From Prorocentrum cordatum (lineage: Eukaryota), in NCBI GenBank assembly GCA_963575745.1, contig CAUYUJ010000014.1:62001-119597 (forward strand): 57,597 nt of DNA, in the 5' to 3' direction. Position numbers and translations under genes: made by a program. The notes under the pieces were generated by a model. That model made no database searches, had not been told where the DNA came from, and saw only the letters and a program-made list of their open reading frames with translations. Below are positions 14,146 to 24,392 of the stretch, in pieces. Every line of letters begins with the position of its first letter. Positions within the stretch are counted from its first letter, which is position 1.

Positions 14146-16992
14146 GTCAGAGTCATATGCATTTGCACTAGGCGTATCCATGCTCGCATTCATGCACATA
14201 GACTTACTCGCACGCAGATTCAATCACAATCAGACGCGCTCACGCTCAGTCTCACCCGCGCTCAGTCCCCCGTGCTCAGGCCAATCGTTTCCGTTCGTGT
14301 TGTGTACCCCGCCACGCATGTCGGCACCCCCCCCGCACGGTTCGTGGCCCCATAGGGAGCGCCACCGAAGAAGGTATCCACAATTGCGGTACTCACAACT
14401 GCATATGGTTGGGTCCTTCGCCAGGATACATTCGGTTTGGGGGGGCCCTCGTTGGGCCTTGGGAGCGTCAACACAACGGCTCTGGATGAAAAGTCGGTCG
14501 TGGGGAATAGGTCGAGTCCTCCAGGGGTCCATGTTGTGATAAAGTCATGGCGTCGAATGTCGGGGAGGGGGAAGAGGCGGAAATAAGGGGAGAAGGATGT
14601 ATAGGCCAGGCCTCCCAGCACTGGGCAAGAGCATATCTTGCCGGGGGATCTGGCCGCAGCGCCGATGCATCTGCGATGCGGCGCGATCTGGGGCCCCTTT
14701 CATCGCGCGGTCGCCGAGGCGTCGCCGAGGCGTCGGCGATGCAGCGGGGACTCCGACCCCAGCTGCGCCGGGCCCCACCTGCTCCGCGCCCCACTTTTGT
14801 GACTGCGCCGCAAGCTCTTGCCGCAGGCCTCGGCGTTCTGGCGGGCCCCGGGCCCGTCGAAGCCGACCCTGGACGGAAGGTGCCAAGAGTGTAGGGGGTC
14901 GATCAGGCAGGCCTAGGATCGCGGTGACTCGCCCCAGAGCGTCGCGGAACATCCCTCACAGCGCTCCAGCACGCCCTGGAGCGGCCGCGGCGCCGGATAC
15001 ATCCTCCAGACCAGCCGGATCTCAGAGATCTCCGATTCTTCAGATCCGATGGTGTCCCGAGCCTGGGTTCGTCTCAGTCGAGGGTTCTGCGGCGGTGGAG
15101 AGGCGAAGCCCGGAATCGCCGGCAAACCCGGAACCGTTCGGGGCGAAACCCGGCCAGGCATGCAACCTTGACACCCGGAATCTGCACCGTAACCCAGAAT
15201 CGGGGGCGAAACCTGGCCAGCTTTGGAATTCGCACGGGAACCCAGAAGCCCAGTTCGCCCAGTATTTCTGTTGATCTTCGGCGACGAAGGGGGCAAGCCA
15301 GAGGATTCTCCTTCGGCGGGTTCCGAGACGGGGAGGAATGAGGAGGATGACGAGGTGGAGCATGAGGACGAGGAGGAGTGGACCAGAGGGAGGATGTCGA
15401 CGTGGACAAGGATGTGTCGTCGAGTTGTGCTTGTTGTTGTTGCCTCTTTGCGTCGCCGCGTGGGGCGTCCGAGTAGAGTTCCGTATCGCGCCCAGCGTTA
15501 ACGCGCAATGAATCGCGCGTTGGATTCGTTTAGTTTCCGCCATCTGGCATGACCGCGCGGCGAGTACAGTGGAGACCCATGCCAAGAATCACCCTGCTTG
15601 CCTCCAGGGTGCCCTGGGTTTCTTGGCTTTCGATGGTTTCGCGATGGAAGGCGTGACGTTCCCACACCAAACGGCAATGGACATCCTGGGGCATCAGGGT
15701 TGGATCTCTTATGGAAGGTCTCTTGTGGTCGGGCCCCCTATTGTCAGAGGTTGATAGACCTCCTACCCTGACACGTTTTCGGTTCGCGAGAGAGCGTCGC
15801 GGACGTCATTTTTGCGGGCCCAGGTCCGTCGGTTTCGGTCCTAGGCCTTCTCACTGAAGGGTGGTTTATCAAAATGGAGGTTTGTCCACCGCCGATATTG
15901 TATGGGGGCTGGAGGCCAGGATGCGAGGCTCGACGTTGGAAGCTCGACGTGACCTCGTGGGTGGTCCGAGGGCCACAGCTCGGTCGTGTGGCGGCCGCTC
16001 GGGACGGCTCCTGGGCCGGCCCGGGCCCCAGGAGAGAGCTCCCGTGGGAGCTCCTGAAGGGCTCCAAGATGACCCCAAGGGGGTCCCAAAAGAGTGCGTA
16101 GTGTGACACGTTTGTTGTGTCACACTGCGTGGCTTTGGGGCTCCCTCATCGAGCCCTCTTTGGGCACTCTTGGAGTCCTCCTGGGGCCCGCTTGGAGCCC
16201 TCCTGGGGCCTTCTAAAGCCGTCTTGGAGCGGCCCAGAAAGGGCCGCTGATCTGGGGCTCCCAAGAAGCCCCAAGAGGGCTCCAAGATGGCTCCACGATG
16301 GCCCCAAGAAGTTCCAGACAAAACGGACAGTGTGGCACCATGGTCGTGTCGCACTGTATGGCTTCGGAGTTCTATCTTGGAGACCACTTGGGCCCTCCTG
16401 GAATCCTCCTGGGGCCATCTTGGAGCTGTCTCGGGGCCCTCTTTGAGCTCTCTTCGGGCCCTTCTGGGAGCCCCAGTGGATTGGTCCCAGGTCAGCTGTA
16501 TCCAACCAGATTTGCGGACAGAGCTGGCCTGGAGCTCGTTAGCCCTAAGAGGACTCCACACGGACATCCCATGGGAGAAACAATCCCATCTGGGCTGATA
16601 GGATTGCAGGGTCATTGCAGGGTTATGCAGGGCCGTTTGCAGGGTATTGCATGGTCGACTGCAGTGTAGTGCAGGGTCTTTGTAGGGGTCTCTCGACGGT
16701 ATTACAAGGGTCTTTGGTGGGGTCTTTGCAGGGGTCTCTACAGGGTATTTCGGGAGGTCTCTCAGGGGGGCTTTGCAGGGTTTCGCAGGTTGTCCAGGGG
16801 AGAGGGTCGGGAGATGTTTTCCTGAGAAGTCAGAGCTGGAGCAGGAGCTGGATGGAGGCGGTGAGGGGCAGGAGGGACGTGGAGGGGGTGAAGGGACGGA
16901 GGGAGGGGCCGAGGGGAGGGGGGGGGGAACGGAGCGACGGGGCGGCAGGGAGGAGACGACCAGATGGCGCTGAGCGACCTCCGCGGTCGACC

Positions 16993-17165
16993 ATGTGGTG
17001 GCGACGGAAGACGCTGGAGGCGATCACCCTCGAGGCGGAGCGCGACGCCGCGAGCGAGGAGCCCAAGCTGGGCCTCACCGATCTGCTGTGCATCGGCGTC
17101 GGCTCCACCGTCGGCAGCGGCGTCTTCGTGCTGACCGGGGACGTCCTGCCCACGGCGGGCCCATC
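16993..17165 (+). CDS. APC-family cationic amino acid transporter (CAT/SLC7-like), exon 1 (start codon tentative)
   Basis: MWWRRKTLE...KLGLTDLLCIGVGSTVGSGVFVLTGDVLPTAGPS matches the CAT TM1 motif G-V-G-S-T-x-G-x-G-x-F-V-L-T-G...AGP; GC3-rich codons. Confidence 0.9.
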
Positions 17166-17951
17166 TCGAAGAGCGGCCAAAACCGGCAGTTGAGGGAGGA
17201 GGAGGAGGAAGAGGAGGAGGAGGAGGAGGAGGAGGAGGAGGAGGAGGAGGAGGAGGAGGAGGAGGAGGAGAGGAGGAGGAGGAGGAGAAGGAGGAGGAGG
17301 AGGAGGAGGAGGGCGAGTTGAGGGAACGGTGAAAATGGCCTTCGGGAGAGCCGCCTCGTCGCCACGACGCCACGACGCAGCTCGGAGAAAGGGTGTGCGC
17401 CTGGGCCCGGGAAGGGGTCCAGGGGCCGATGCTGAGCTGCTGCCGGGGGCGGCAGAGAGGGGGGTGATGATTAGGGGGGGAGGAGGAGGAGGAGGAGGAG
17501 GAGGAGGAGGAGGAGGAGGAGGAGGAGGAGGAGGAGGAGGAGGAGGAGGAGGAGGAGGAGGAGGAGGAGGAGGAGGAGGAGGAGGACGAGGAGGACGAGG
17601 AGGAGGAGGGCAAATTGGGTATGCTGGGACTGGCGCGCGCTCGCACCTGGTGTGAACGCAAGTTTCTCGCGCGCGGCCCCGCTTCCCCCGACTGGTCGGG
17701 GAAGAAACATGTGCCGCGCACGGGCGGGAGTCGGGAGCGGCCAAGAGGGGGGTAATGACTAGGGGGTGTGGATATCTTGACGGGGGCCATGCGATCTCCC
17801 CAGATTTCGTGGCGCCTCTTCTCATTTCATTACGTCCCTGGCCTCCCCGCTTCCCTGGGTCGCGCACATGCCGCCAGCCATGATATGCGCCCCCCCCTCT
17901 TGGACGCCACCCCCCCCTGGGCCGACCCGATGCTACTGTCTCAACTCGCCC

Positions 17952-18197
17952 TGCTTCGACATGCCGTTGAACTCGAAGAAGACAAAAAGCCATAGACAGA
18001 AACTTTTGGCGCTCCGCGCGGATTCTTTGGATCTGCGCTGGACCCGCTCCGGCGGCGCCTCCAGCGCCGCCCCTGGCGCGCTCCGCGCGCCAGGGAGGTA
18101 GCTCCAGCGCGGATCCAAGAAATCCGCGCGGAGCGCCAACAGTTTATGCTGACGCCGTTTTTGTCTTCTTCTATGCTCCGACATATCGTTGAGCTCG
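17952..18197. repeat. Palindromic MITE-like repeat; related copies at about 24550-24695 and 29222-29350
   Basis: Nested inverted repeats GAAGAAGACAAAAA/TTTTTGTCTTCTTC and TGGCGCTCCGCGCGGATT/AATCCGCGCGGAGCGCCA. Confidence 0.75.
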
Positions 18198-18352
18198 CCA
18201 CCCACCAAACCACCCCAACCCAACCCGAAGGCCTCAGTGTGCCCTCCACTTCCAGTGTGGGGGGGGGTCGGGGAGCACCGAGAAAACACATGTGGAACCC
18301 GTATCCCCCCCAACCCGAAATTCGGGTCTTCTTGTTGGGTTGGGGTGGTCTG
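18198..18352. repeat. MITE-like repeat; second copy at about 24401-24545
   Basis: CCACCCACCAAACCACCCCAACCCAACCCGAAGGCCTC...GTTGGGTTGGGG is shared by both copies, with inverted ends. Confidence 0.75.
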
Positions 18353-18574
18353 GTATGTAGCTTAGTTGCCTCGATACGCCCGTATTGAAACGCAACACGT
18401 CCCGTGTTCAAGCCGTCCGTGTCAATACGTTGCGTGTTGGCTCCACGTACTGGACCACGCTCTGGCGAATGTATCGCGTCGGATCTACGTTTTCAGCCCA
18501 CCTGTTGAGCTCCGCATCAGTTCGCTACGTGTTGCGTGTTGCGTATCGGTGCAGCTAAGGTCGGTAGTCATGAA

Positions 18575-18860
18575 CCTCAGGAGGGGAAGACACACACACA
18601 CACAGACACAATGAATCGTCGACTCCCCAGGAAAATATGGGAAACTATGGGCAGTGGGGGGGAAGACAAAAGCCCAGAACCTATGGGAAACTATGGGGCA
18701 TCTTTTTACTTGTGTGTACTTATGAAATAAGCATACACGAATAATATTTGTGTGTCCCAGGGCCCCTTCAATCCTGGCCGGGCCGATCTTTGGGCCCAGG
18801 ATCGGCATGTGCATGCCTCCCTGGCCAAGCCCGGGCGGAGTGTGCACCGTGTGCACTTGT
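18575..18860. repeat. Interspersed repeat; second copy at about 21270-21520
   Basis: Shared GGAAAATATGGGAAA...TGTCCCAGGGCCC...TTCAATCCTGGCCGGGCCGATCTTTGGGCCCAGG...AAGCCCGGGCGGAGTGTGCAC. Confidence 0.85.
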
Positions 18861-19213
18861 GTGCCCCCAGGGCCCCTTCCGAGCCGTGGCGCAACCGTTC
18901 GGAGGCCCGCGTGGGCTCCGTGGGGGGGCGGCGCGCCGGGCCACGCCGGCACGCCCGGGGGGGGGGGGGGCGCGCCGGCGGGCGGCGTCTGGGCGTGTGC
19001 AGCGCGCCGGCCTCCGAGGAGAGTCGCATGTAGGGGGCCACAGGCGAACCCTGCCCTACCCACATGGGGGAGGGCCCAGGTCTGTTCGGACTCGTTCGTG
19101 CCCAGTTCGACTCCAGCTCGACTCCAGCTCGGCGCAAGCTCGGCTGCATCCGGCGGGCGTTCGACGCAGCCGCGACGCACGAGTGGAGCAAGCGGCTCCA
19201 GGAAGGCCACCAG

Positions 19214-19367
19214 TCGGGGGCCACATGCGAACCCTACCCCTGCCCCCCACGATTTCTGAGGGGGAGGGTGGGGTTCACTTCGCTCGGGAGCTCCGGGTCG
19301 AAGTGAGCCCCGCCCTCCCCCTCAGAACTCGTGGGGGGTAGGGGTAGGGCTCGCATGTGGCCCCCTA
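19214..19367. mobile_element. About 153-bp palindromic MITE, same family as intron 2
   Basis: Near-identical to 20310-20462. Confidence 0.9.
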
Positions 19368-19417
19368 TTCGCAGGGGCCTCCGACGGGTTACCGGTCGGG
19401 TTCGAGTCGTGGGTTTT

Positions 19418-19580
19418 TAAGACGGGCCTGTCCCCATACAGAGGGAATCTTCAAGCATAGTCAAGACACATAGTCTGGGGACGATTCTTGGACCATTTTT
19501 AGGCATTTTGGGGGGTGCATTTTGGTATTGTTGTTTTCTTTCGTCCCAAATCCGCCTGTTAGGGGGACAGGCCCGACCTA
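19418..19580. mobile_element. MITE with TAAGTCGGGCCTGTCCCYCTACAGG-type TIRs; other copies or ends at 20908, 27078-27269, 27465, 29781-29938, 47206, 47326 and 48290-48314
   Basis: About 25-bp inverted termini around an AT-rich core, repeated through the window. Confidence 0.85.
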
Positions 19581-20149
19581 GTCGTAGGTCGGCCCAACAG
19601 AACAAGGGGTAGATACTCGTGTGTCCTGTCTGTAGCGCCTCGTGTCGCTCTCATGCCTGGAGCATGGGCTGCCCTCTGAAGAGTCTTGTGCCCTCTCGGG
19701 TTCCCTCTGCCGTCGGTGTCCCGACTGCGAATGCGCTCGGGAACTTTGGGATCGCGTGTGGCTCCGCGGGTTCTGTGCCACCACGCCTCGGCGCGACACG
19801 CCATGCATTTCGCGGTTTCCTGTCGTCAACGCCCCCAGCTTTTCCCGCTTTACCCCCCCCCCCGCGAGGCGGAGCGACGCGCTGTCCGCTCGCAAGGCAT
19901 GCCGTGTCGCCGGGGGGCCGCGTCCGCGACACGCTCTGCCGAAGTTCCCGACCGTCTGTCCTGGCCTGGCCGCCCCGCCGGCCCTGGCCTCCCGCCTGGG
20001 CGTTCGTCGTCGTCTGCCTGCTTCTCCCCTCTTCGCCCCCTTCCGCCGGACCGCGCTGCCTGCCCGGAACCACGAGGCGGGCTGCTGTCCCCAGCCACAT
20101 TGGCCTGTAGGTTCCTACCTGGCCGCCTGTTTTGTGCTCTTCTGCCGTC

Positions 20150-20309
20150 CGCCGCGCTGAGCTGGCTCGGCGCGGGCGCGGTGTGCCTCCTGTCGGCCCT
20201 CTCGTACGTCGAGCTGTCCGGGCGGGTGCCCACCTCGGGGGCGTGCTACGCCTACTCGCTCCACGCTCTCGGCGAGCTCGGCGCCGTCATCGGCGCCGCC
20301 TGCCTCACC
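20150..20309 (+). CDS. CAT-like transporter exon 2
   Basis: AALSWLGAGAVCLLSALSYVELSGRVPTSGACYAYSLHALGELGAVIGAACLT matches the CAT motif SALxYxExxxRVPxxGxxYxY. Confidence 0.93.
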
Positions 20310-20467
20310 TAGGGGGCCACATGCGAACCCTACCCCTACCCCCCACGATTTCTGAGGGGGAGGGTGGGGTTCACTTCGCTCGGGAGCTCCCGAACGAAGT
20401 GAACCCCACCCTCCTCTCAGAAATCGTGGGGGGTAGGGGTAGGGCTCGCATGTGGCCCCCTATCACC
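20310..20467. mobile_element. Intron 2: 153-bp palindromic MITE plus one copy of the 5-bp TSD, non-canonical ends
   Basis: TCACC (20305-09), TAGGGGGCCACATGCGA...TCGCATGTGGCCCCCTA (20310-20462), TCACC (20463-67). Begins with an in-frame TAG. Confidence 0.92.
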
Positions 20468-20540
20468 CTGGAGTACGGCGTCTCCGGCGCGGGGGTGGCC
20501 AGGAGCTGGTCGAGCCTGGTGGCGGAGCTCACGGGGGGAG
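20468..20540 (+). CDS. CAT-like transporter exon 3
   Basis: LEYGVSGAGVARSWSSLVAELTGG matches the CAT motif LEY...VARSWS. Confidence 0.92.
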
Positions 20541-21582
20541 GACCCTGGGGGCGTCGGCTGCCGGCGGCAACGGCAGGGGGGCTGGCCCAGGGGGGTTGGG
20601 GGGAGCAGGGGTCCCCAGCCGCCCACTCCTCGCCAGCGTCAGGTCTTCGGCCCTCCCCTCCCGCCCGGGAGCGCTCGGGCTCGCGGTCGGGGGGGGGCCA
20701 GCTCTGATCCATCGGCCATGCAGCTTTTCGCGGGCTCCGGGTCCCGGTCTCCCCCTCGCCGAGCTCGGCCGGGCCGATCCTGGGCCCCGGGTCGGGGCAA
20801 GCTCTGCACGCCTACGGTCGGGGCGCTGACGTGAGGGCCACTTTGAGCTCAGGAGGGGCTCGGTCTCTCTGGCCGTTCCTTGAGATCTGGGTCCCGGGAC
20901 CTGGTCTTAAGTCGGGCGTGTCCCCCTACAGGGTGGATTTTCGACGAAAAATACAGAATATGCAACACATATTCCAAAAATGGTAGAGCAGATTCCAAAC
21001 ATGGTAGAACATATTCCCGAATCGTCAAAATTGCATAACATATTCCAAAAATGGTAGAATAGATTCCACATTCCACATGGTATAAACAACATATTCCGAA
21101 ACTGGTAGAACAGATGCCAACATCGTCAACGCATAGCCCCAAATGGTCCGAAGTACTCCTTAAGATCTGGGTCCCGGGGCCTGGTCGCGGCCAGGGCCCG
21201 CCGTGGTCAGAGGCGCCCCTTCGCTCCTCGGATTCGGCAGTCCTCGTGGCAGCCCGACGACTGCATCCACTCAGGAGGGGAGAAACCACACACAGGCACA
21301 AGCAGTCGTCGATTCCCTAGGAAAATATGGGAAAAGATGTGAAGTGGGGGAGATTACAAAAACCCAGAACATATGGGAAACTATGGGGAATCCTGTTGTT
21401 TGTGTGTATTTTTTTTGTCTGTCCCAGGGCCCCTTCAATCCTGGCCGGGCCGATCTTTGGGCCCAGGCTCGGCACGTGCACGCCTCCCCGGCCAAGCCCG
21501 GGCGGAGTGTGCACGTGTGCTGGGCCCAGGATGGGCCAGGCCAGGAGCGGCGAGGCGGGTGCGGGTTGACGCCCCCCGAGAG
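20541..21582 (+). mobile_element. Intron 3 (GA-AG), introner-like
   Basis: Direct repeat GAGGA (20538-42 and 21580-84); residual inverted repeat GGGGGCGTC/GACGCCCCC; in-frame join. Confidence 0.75.
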
Positions 21583-21781
21583 GAGACTGGATGTTCGTGT
21601 GGTACACCGACGCCCGCGGGGAGGGCGACCTCTACTTCGACTGGCCGGCCGGCGCGATCATGGCTCTGGCCGTCGCCGTCGCTAGCTCCGGGCTCTCGGT
21701 CGGCAGGGTCGTGGTGAACGCGTTCACCGCCGCCAAGCTCGCCCTGGTCCTGTTCTTCATCGTGGGTGGACTGTCTGCTTG
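21583..21781 (+). CDS. CAT-like transporter exon 4
   Basis: DWMFVWYTD...FDWPAGAIMALAVAVASSGLSVGRVVVNAFTAAKLALVLFFIVGGLSAW, two hydrophobic helices in the expected position. Confidence 0.9.
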
Positions 21782-22093
21782 GAGCTCAGAGGAGAACAGG
21801 TACCGATACGGCGGGGGCGTTCGTTAAGGAGTGTGCTCGGCAGTGATGTCCACGGCCGGTCCACGATCTGCAGTTCCACCAGCTTCCAGACCCCGGATTT
21901 CTTATCCAACGGTTCCCTCTCCAACGGCAGGGCCAATGCCCTCGCCGTGCATCTGCCCGTCCCCCGCTTTCGTTTTTTTGGGGGGGCCTTGGAGGCTTGC
22001 CGCCACGGCTGGATGCGCCTCGACGTCCTGGCCAGAGGGCGCTCAGGGAGATGCCCAGGAAGCCGCGGGATCGGTACCTCGTGGCTCCGCCAG
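21782..22093 (+). mobile_element. Intron 4 (GA-AG), introner-like
   Basis: Direct repeat GGAGC (21781-85 and 22093-97); inverted repeat AGGTACCGAT/ATCGGTACCT near the ends. Confidence 0.8.
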
Positions 22094-22178
22094 GAGCGCG
22101 GACGCGTTCGCCTTCACGCGGCCGTTCTTCCCGCACGGCTTGGGCGGCACGGTCCGCGGGGCGTCCAAGCTCTTCTTC
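22094..22178 (+). CDS. CAT-like transporter exon 5
   Basis: SADAFAFTRPFFPHGLGGTVRGASKLFF matches the CAT motif FxPxGxxGxxxGAxxxFF. Confidence 0.92.
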
Positions 22179-22751
22179 TCGGCGGCGAGCGAGGGGGTGA
22201 TCACCAGCCTCGAACGTATCCCTATCCCTAAGATTGACACGCCAAAAGGCGATGACAATCTTCGGGATGCGCTCTGAAAAACTAAGGGAATCCCTAAGAT
22301 TGGCATTGTGTTGAGGCGATGCCCAGCTCAGGGATAGGGATCTGTTCCAGGCTGGTAGGGGGAGGCGAGAAGGAGCAGGCCTTCTCGGATGGCTCGGAAG
22401 AGCTCCGGCCTTCCGAGAAGTTTTCTCTGAGCCTCCCCCGAAGACACACACACACACAAAACACTCCTCAGAAGGCGCGAGGGCTTCTGAGAAGCCCCGC
22501 CGCCTTCTGAGAGGGCCCCCTCCTCCTCACTTCCCCCCCTCCCCCCCAGACCCCCGGCGTCATGTTTTTTTTCATAACGTCGACCCTGGAGGTCTCGACC
22601 CATTCCCCAGGACCAGTTTTTCATCATGGATCGTTATTTGATGGTTTTGAGGCCCAGTAAGGGCCCCAGAGGCCGAAAATAGCGAAAGATCGCCGCCTTG
22701 ATTTTTCAATGCTTTGGATACTTCTCCCCCCCTCGCTCGCCGCCGATCTTC
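22179..22751. mobile_element. Intron 5: TIR element plus 5-bp TSD, non-canonical ends
   Basis: TCTTC (22174-78), TCGGCGGCGAGCGAGGGGG...CCCCCTCGCTCGCCGCCGA (22179-22746, 19-bp perfect TIR), TCTTC (22747-51). In-frame stop at 22275-77. Confidence 0.92.
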
Positions 22752-22902
22752 GGCTTCATCGGCTTCGACGAGGTCTGCTGCCTGTCGGGCAGGGCCGCCA
22801 GGCCAGAGCGGGCCATGCCGCGGGCGCTGCTCGGCACGCTGCTGTGTGCGACGCTCATCTCGGCGGCGGCGCAGTTGGCGCTGGCCGCCATGGTGCCGGC
22901 AG
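22752..22902 (+). CDS. CAT-like transporter exon 6
   Basis: GFIGFDEVCCLSGRAARPERAMPRALLGTLLCATLISAAAQLALAAMVPA matches the TM6 F-x-G-F-D motif and TM7. Confidence 0.93.
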
Positions 22903-23818
22903 GCTCGGCGGCGAGCCCTGGGGGGGTGGGAGGCAGGGGGCGGGCCTGCTCAGGGGGCTCGGAAGGCCCCCGGCCTTCTGTCAAGTGACGAAGAACCACC
23001 CGCACCGGACAATTGGCGTTTACTAAACGGCCCTGGGCGTTTACTAAAAGCCTTGCCCTGTTCGATTCCTTCTTTGGGTGCGCTTACTAAACGGTCTCGC
23101 TTGTCGGGCTGGTTTGTTTTTGTTTGGGGCCATCTATTCTGGGGAGTTCTCTGAGCCTTCCCCGAAGGCACAGAAAGCGTCTCGGAAGGCTTGAGGTTCT
23201 GCGAGGGAGCAGCCCAGGCAGACCGCGCCATGCATGTTGCTTACGTCGGCCGCTGTGTGCTAGGTGCTGCCCCCTGCGCACGCGCTTCCTCTTATTCTCT
23301 TTCTTTTTCCTCCTCCTCCTCCTCCTCCTGCTCCTCCTCCTCCTCCTCCTCCTCCTCCTCCTCCTCCTCGCGACTCTTTAAAGCATTATTTCCGTTGGTG
23401 CGACCCGATGTATATGCTCGCCCGTAGGCAATTAAGAGCTGACCTCCCCGCGCCCCCGTTTTTGGACCCCCTCCTGGCTCTGGGACTGATCCACCCCGCC
23501 CCCGAGACGTTCAAATTCACCGCTTTTTATTTTCATCTCTATCGGTTGGCACACCAAGAGAGTAAAGCCTGTTCTCTCAGGAGGCCGCCCAAAGCCTGGC
23601 GCGAGCCGCCCTCCAAGCCGTCGAACTGCCCCTCGGCCAACCGGGTCGTCTGTGGCGTCGTCGGCAGTAGAGTGGTTGAAGACGTTGCCCCCCAGACGCT
23701 CCAACCTCCTCCTCCTCCTCCTCCTCCTCCTCCTCCTCCTCCTCTTCCTCTGAGGAGCCCCGCCGCATTCTGAGAAGGCTCGCGCCCTCCCACGTCCCCC
23801 CAGGCTCGCCGCCGACAG
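22903..23818 (+). mobile_element. Intron 6 (GC-AG), same TIR family as intron 5
   Basis: CAGGC (22900-04), TCGGCGGCGAGCC...GGCTCGCCGCCGA (22905-23815), CAGGA (23816-20). Confidence 0.88.
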
Positions 23819-23895
23819 GAGGTGCGGCACAGTGGCCGGAGGCCTTCGGTGCGCGGGGCTGGCTCTGGGCGAAGGCGCTGGCGAGCCTGGGAGAG
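23819..23895 (+). CDS. CAT-like transporter exon 7
   Basis: GAAQWPEAFGARGWLWAKALASLGE matches the motif AFxxxGWxWA. Found by hand; this frame is not in the ORF track. Confidence 0.88.
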
Positions 23896-24242
23896 GTCGC
23901 TCTCTTAGCTGCCCCGATGCGCACGCGTTGGACCGCAACGCGTGCCGTACTCGAAGCGTCCGTGCCAACACGCTGTGTGTGGGCTCGGCACGTGTTGGCC
24001 CACGTGCTGGCCAACGTGCCGCGCCGGACCTGCATTCTCGGTCTGCGTGTTGAGCAGGGCTTGGCCTAAGCGGTGTTTTGGCGACTTCGTGGGCCGTTTG
24101 CGTTGCGACTTCGTTTTGCGGTGAAGGCGGATTGAAGACAAAACGAGGGAGAACGAAAACAAAACGGGAACGAAAAACACCGTTTAGGTTCAGCCCTGGT
24201 GTTGAGCGCCGTGCCATCAGGCTGCGTGCCGGGGCAGCTGAG
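23896..24242 (+). mobile_element. Intron 7 (GT-AG), introner-like
   Basis: Direct repeat GAGGTCG (23893-99 and 24240-46); inverted repeat AGCTGCCCCG/CGGGGCAGCT. Confidence 0.82.
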
Positions 24243-24392
24243 GTCGTCCTGCTGCCCCTGGTGGTGCTCCTGAGCTTCCTGCCGCAGCCGGAGCTGCTGG
24301 CCGCGATGGGGAAGGACGGCCTGGCCCCAGGCTTCTTCGCCGCGCGGGCCAGCGGAGGCGCCTACCTCGGCGGCTCCCTCGCCTCGGGTGCG
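24243..24392 (+). CDS. CAT-like transporter exon 8
   Basis: VVLLPLVVLLSFLPQPELLAAMGKDGLAPGFFAARASGGAYLGGSLASGA matches the motif QPxxxxAMxxDGLxP. Confidence 0.92.

Larger units (their letters stand above)
17166..20149. mobile_element. Intron 1: old TIR element with nested insertions, non-canonical ends
   Basis: Direct repeat CCATC (17161-65) / CCGTC (20145-49). Degenerate TIRs GAAGAGC..CAAAAC.GGC and GCC.GTTTTG.GCTCTTC. No AG at the junction. Confidence 0.7.

Noticed and set aside
20425..20467. AG acceptors inside the intron-2 MITE
   Set aside because: Using them would put ARMWPPI into transmembrane helix 3 in place of the family-like sequence.
23191..23290. Possible extra exon (FCEGAAQADRAMHVAYVGRCV)
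   Set aside because: It lies inside the TIR-bounded intron 6, and exons 6 and 7 join in frame without it.
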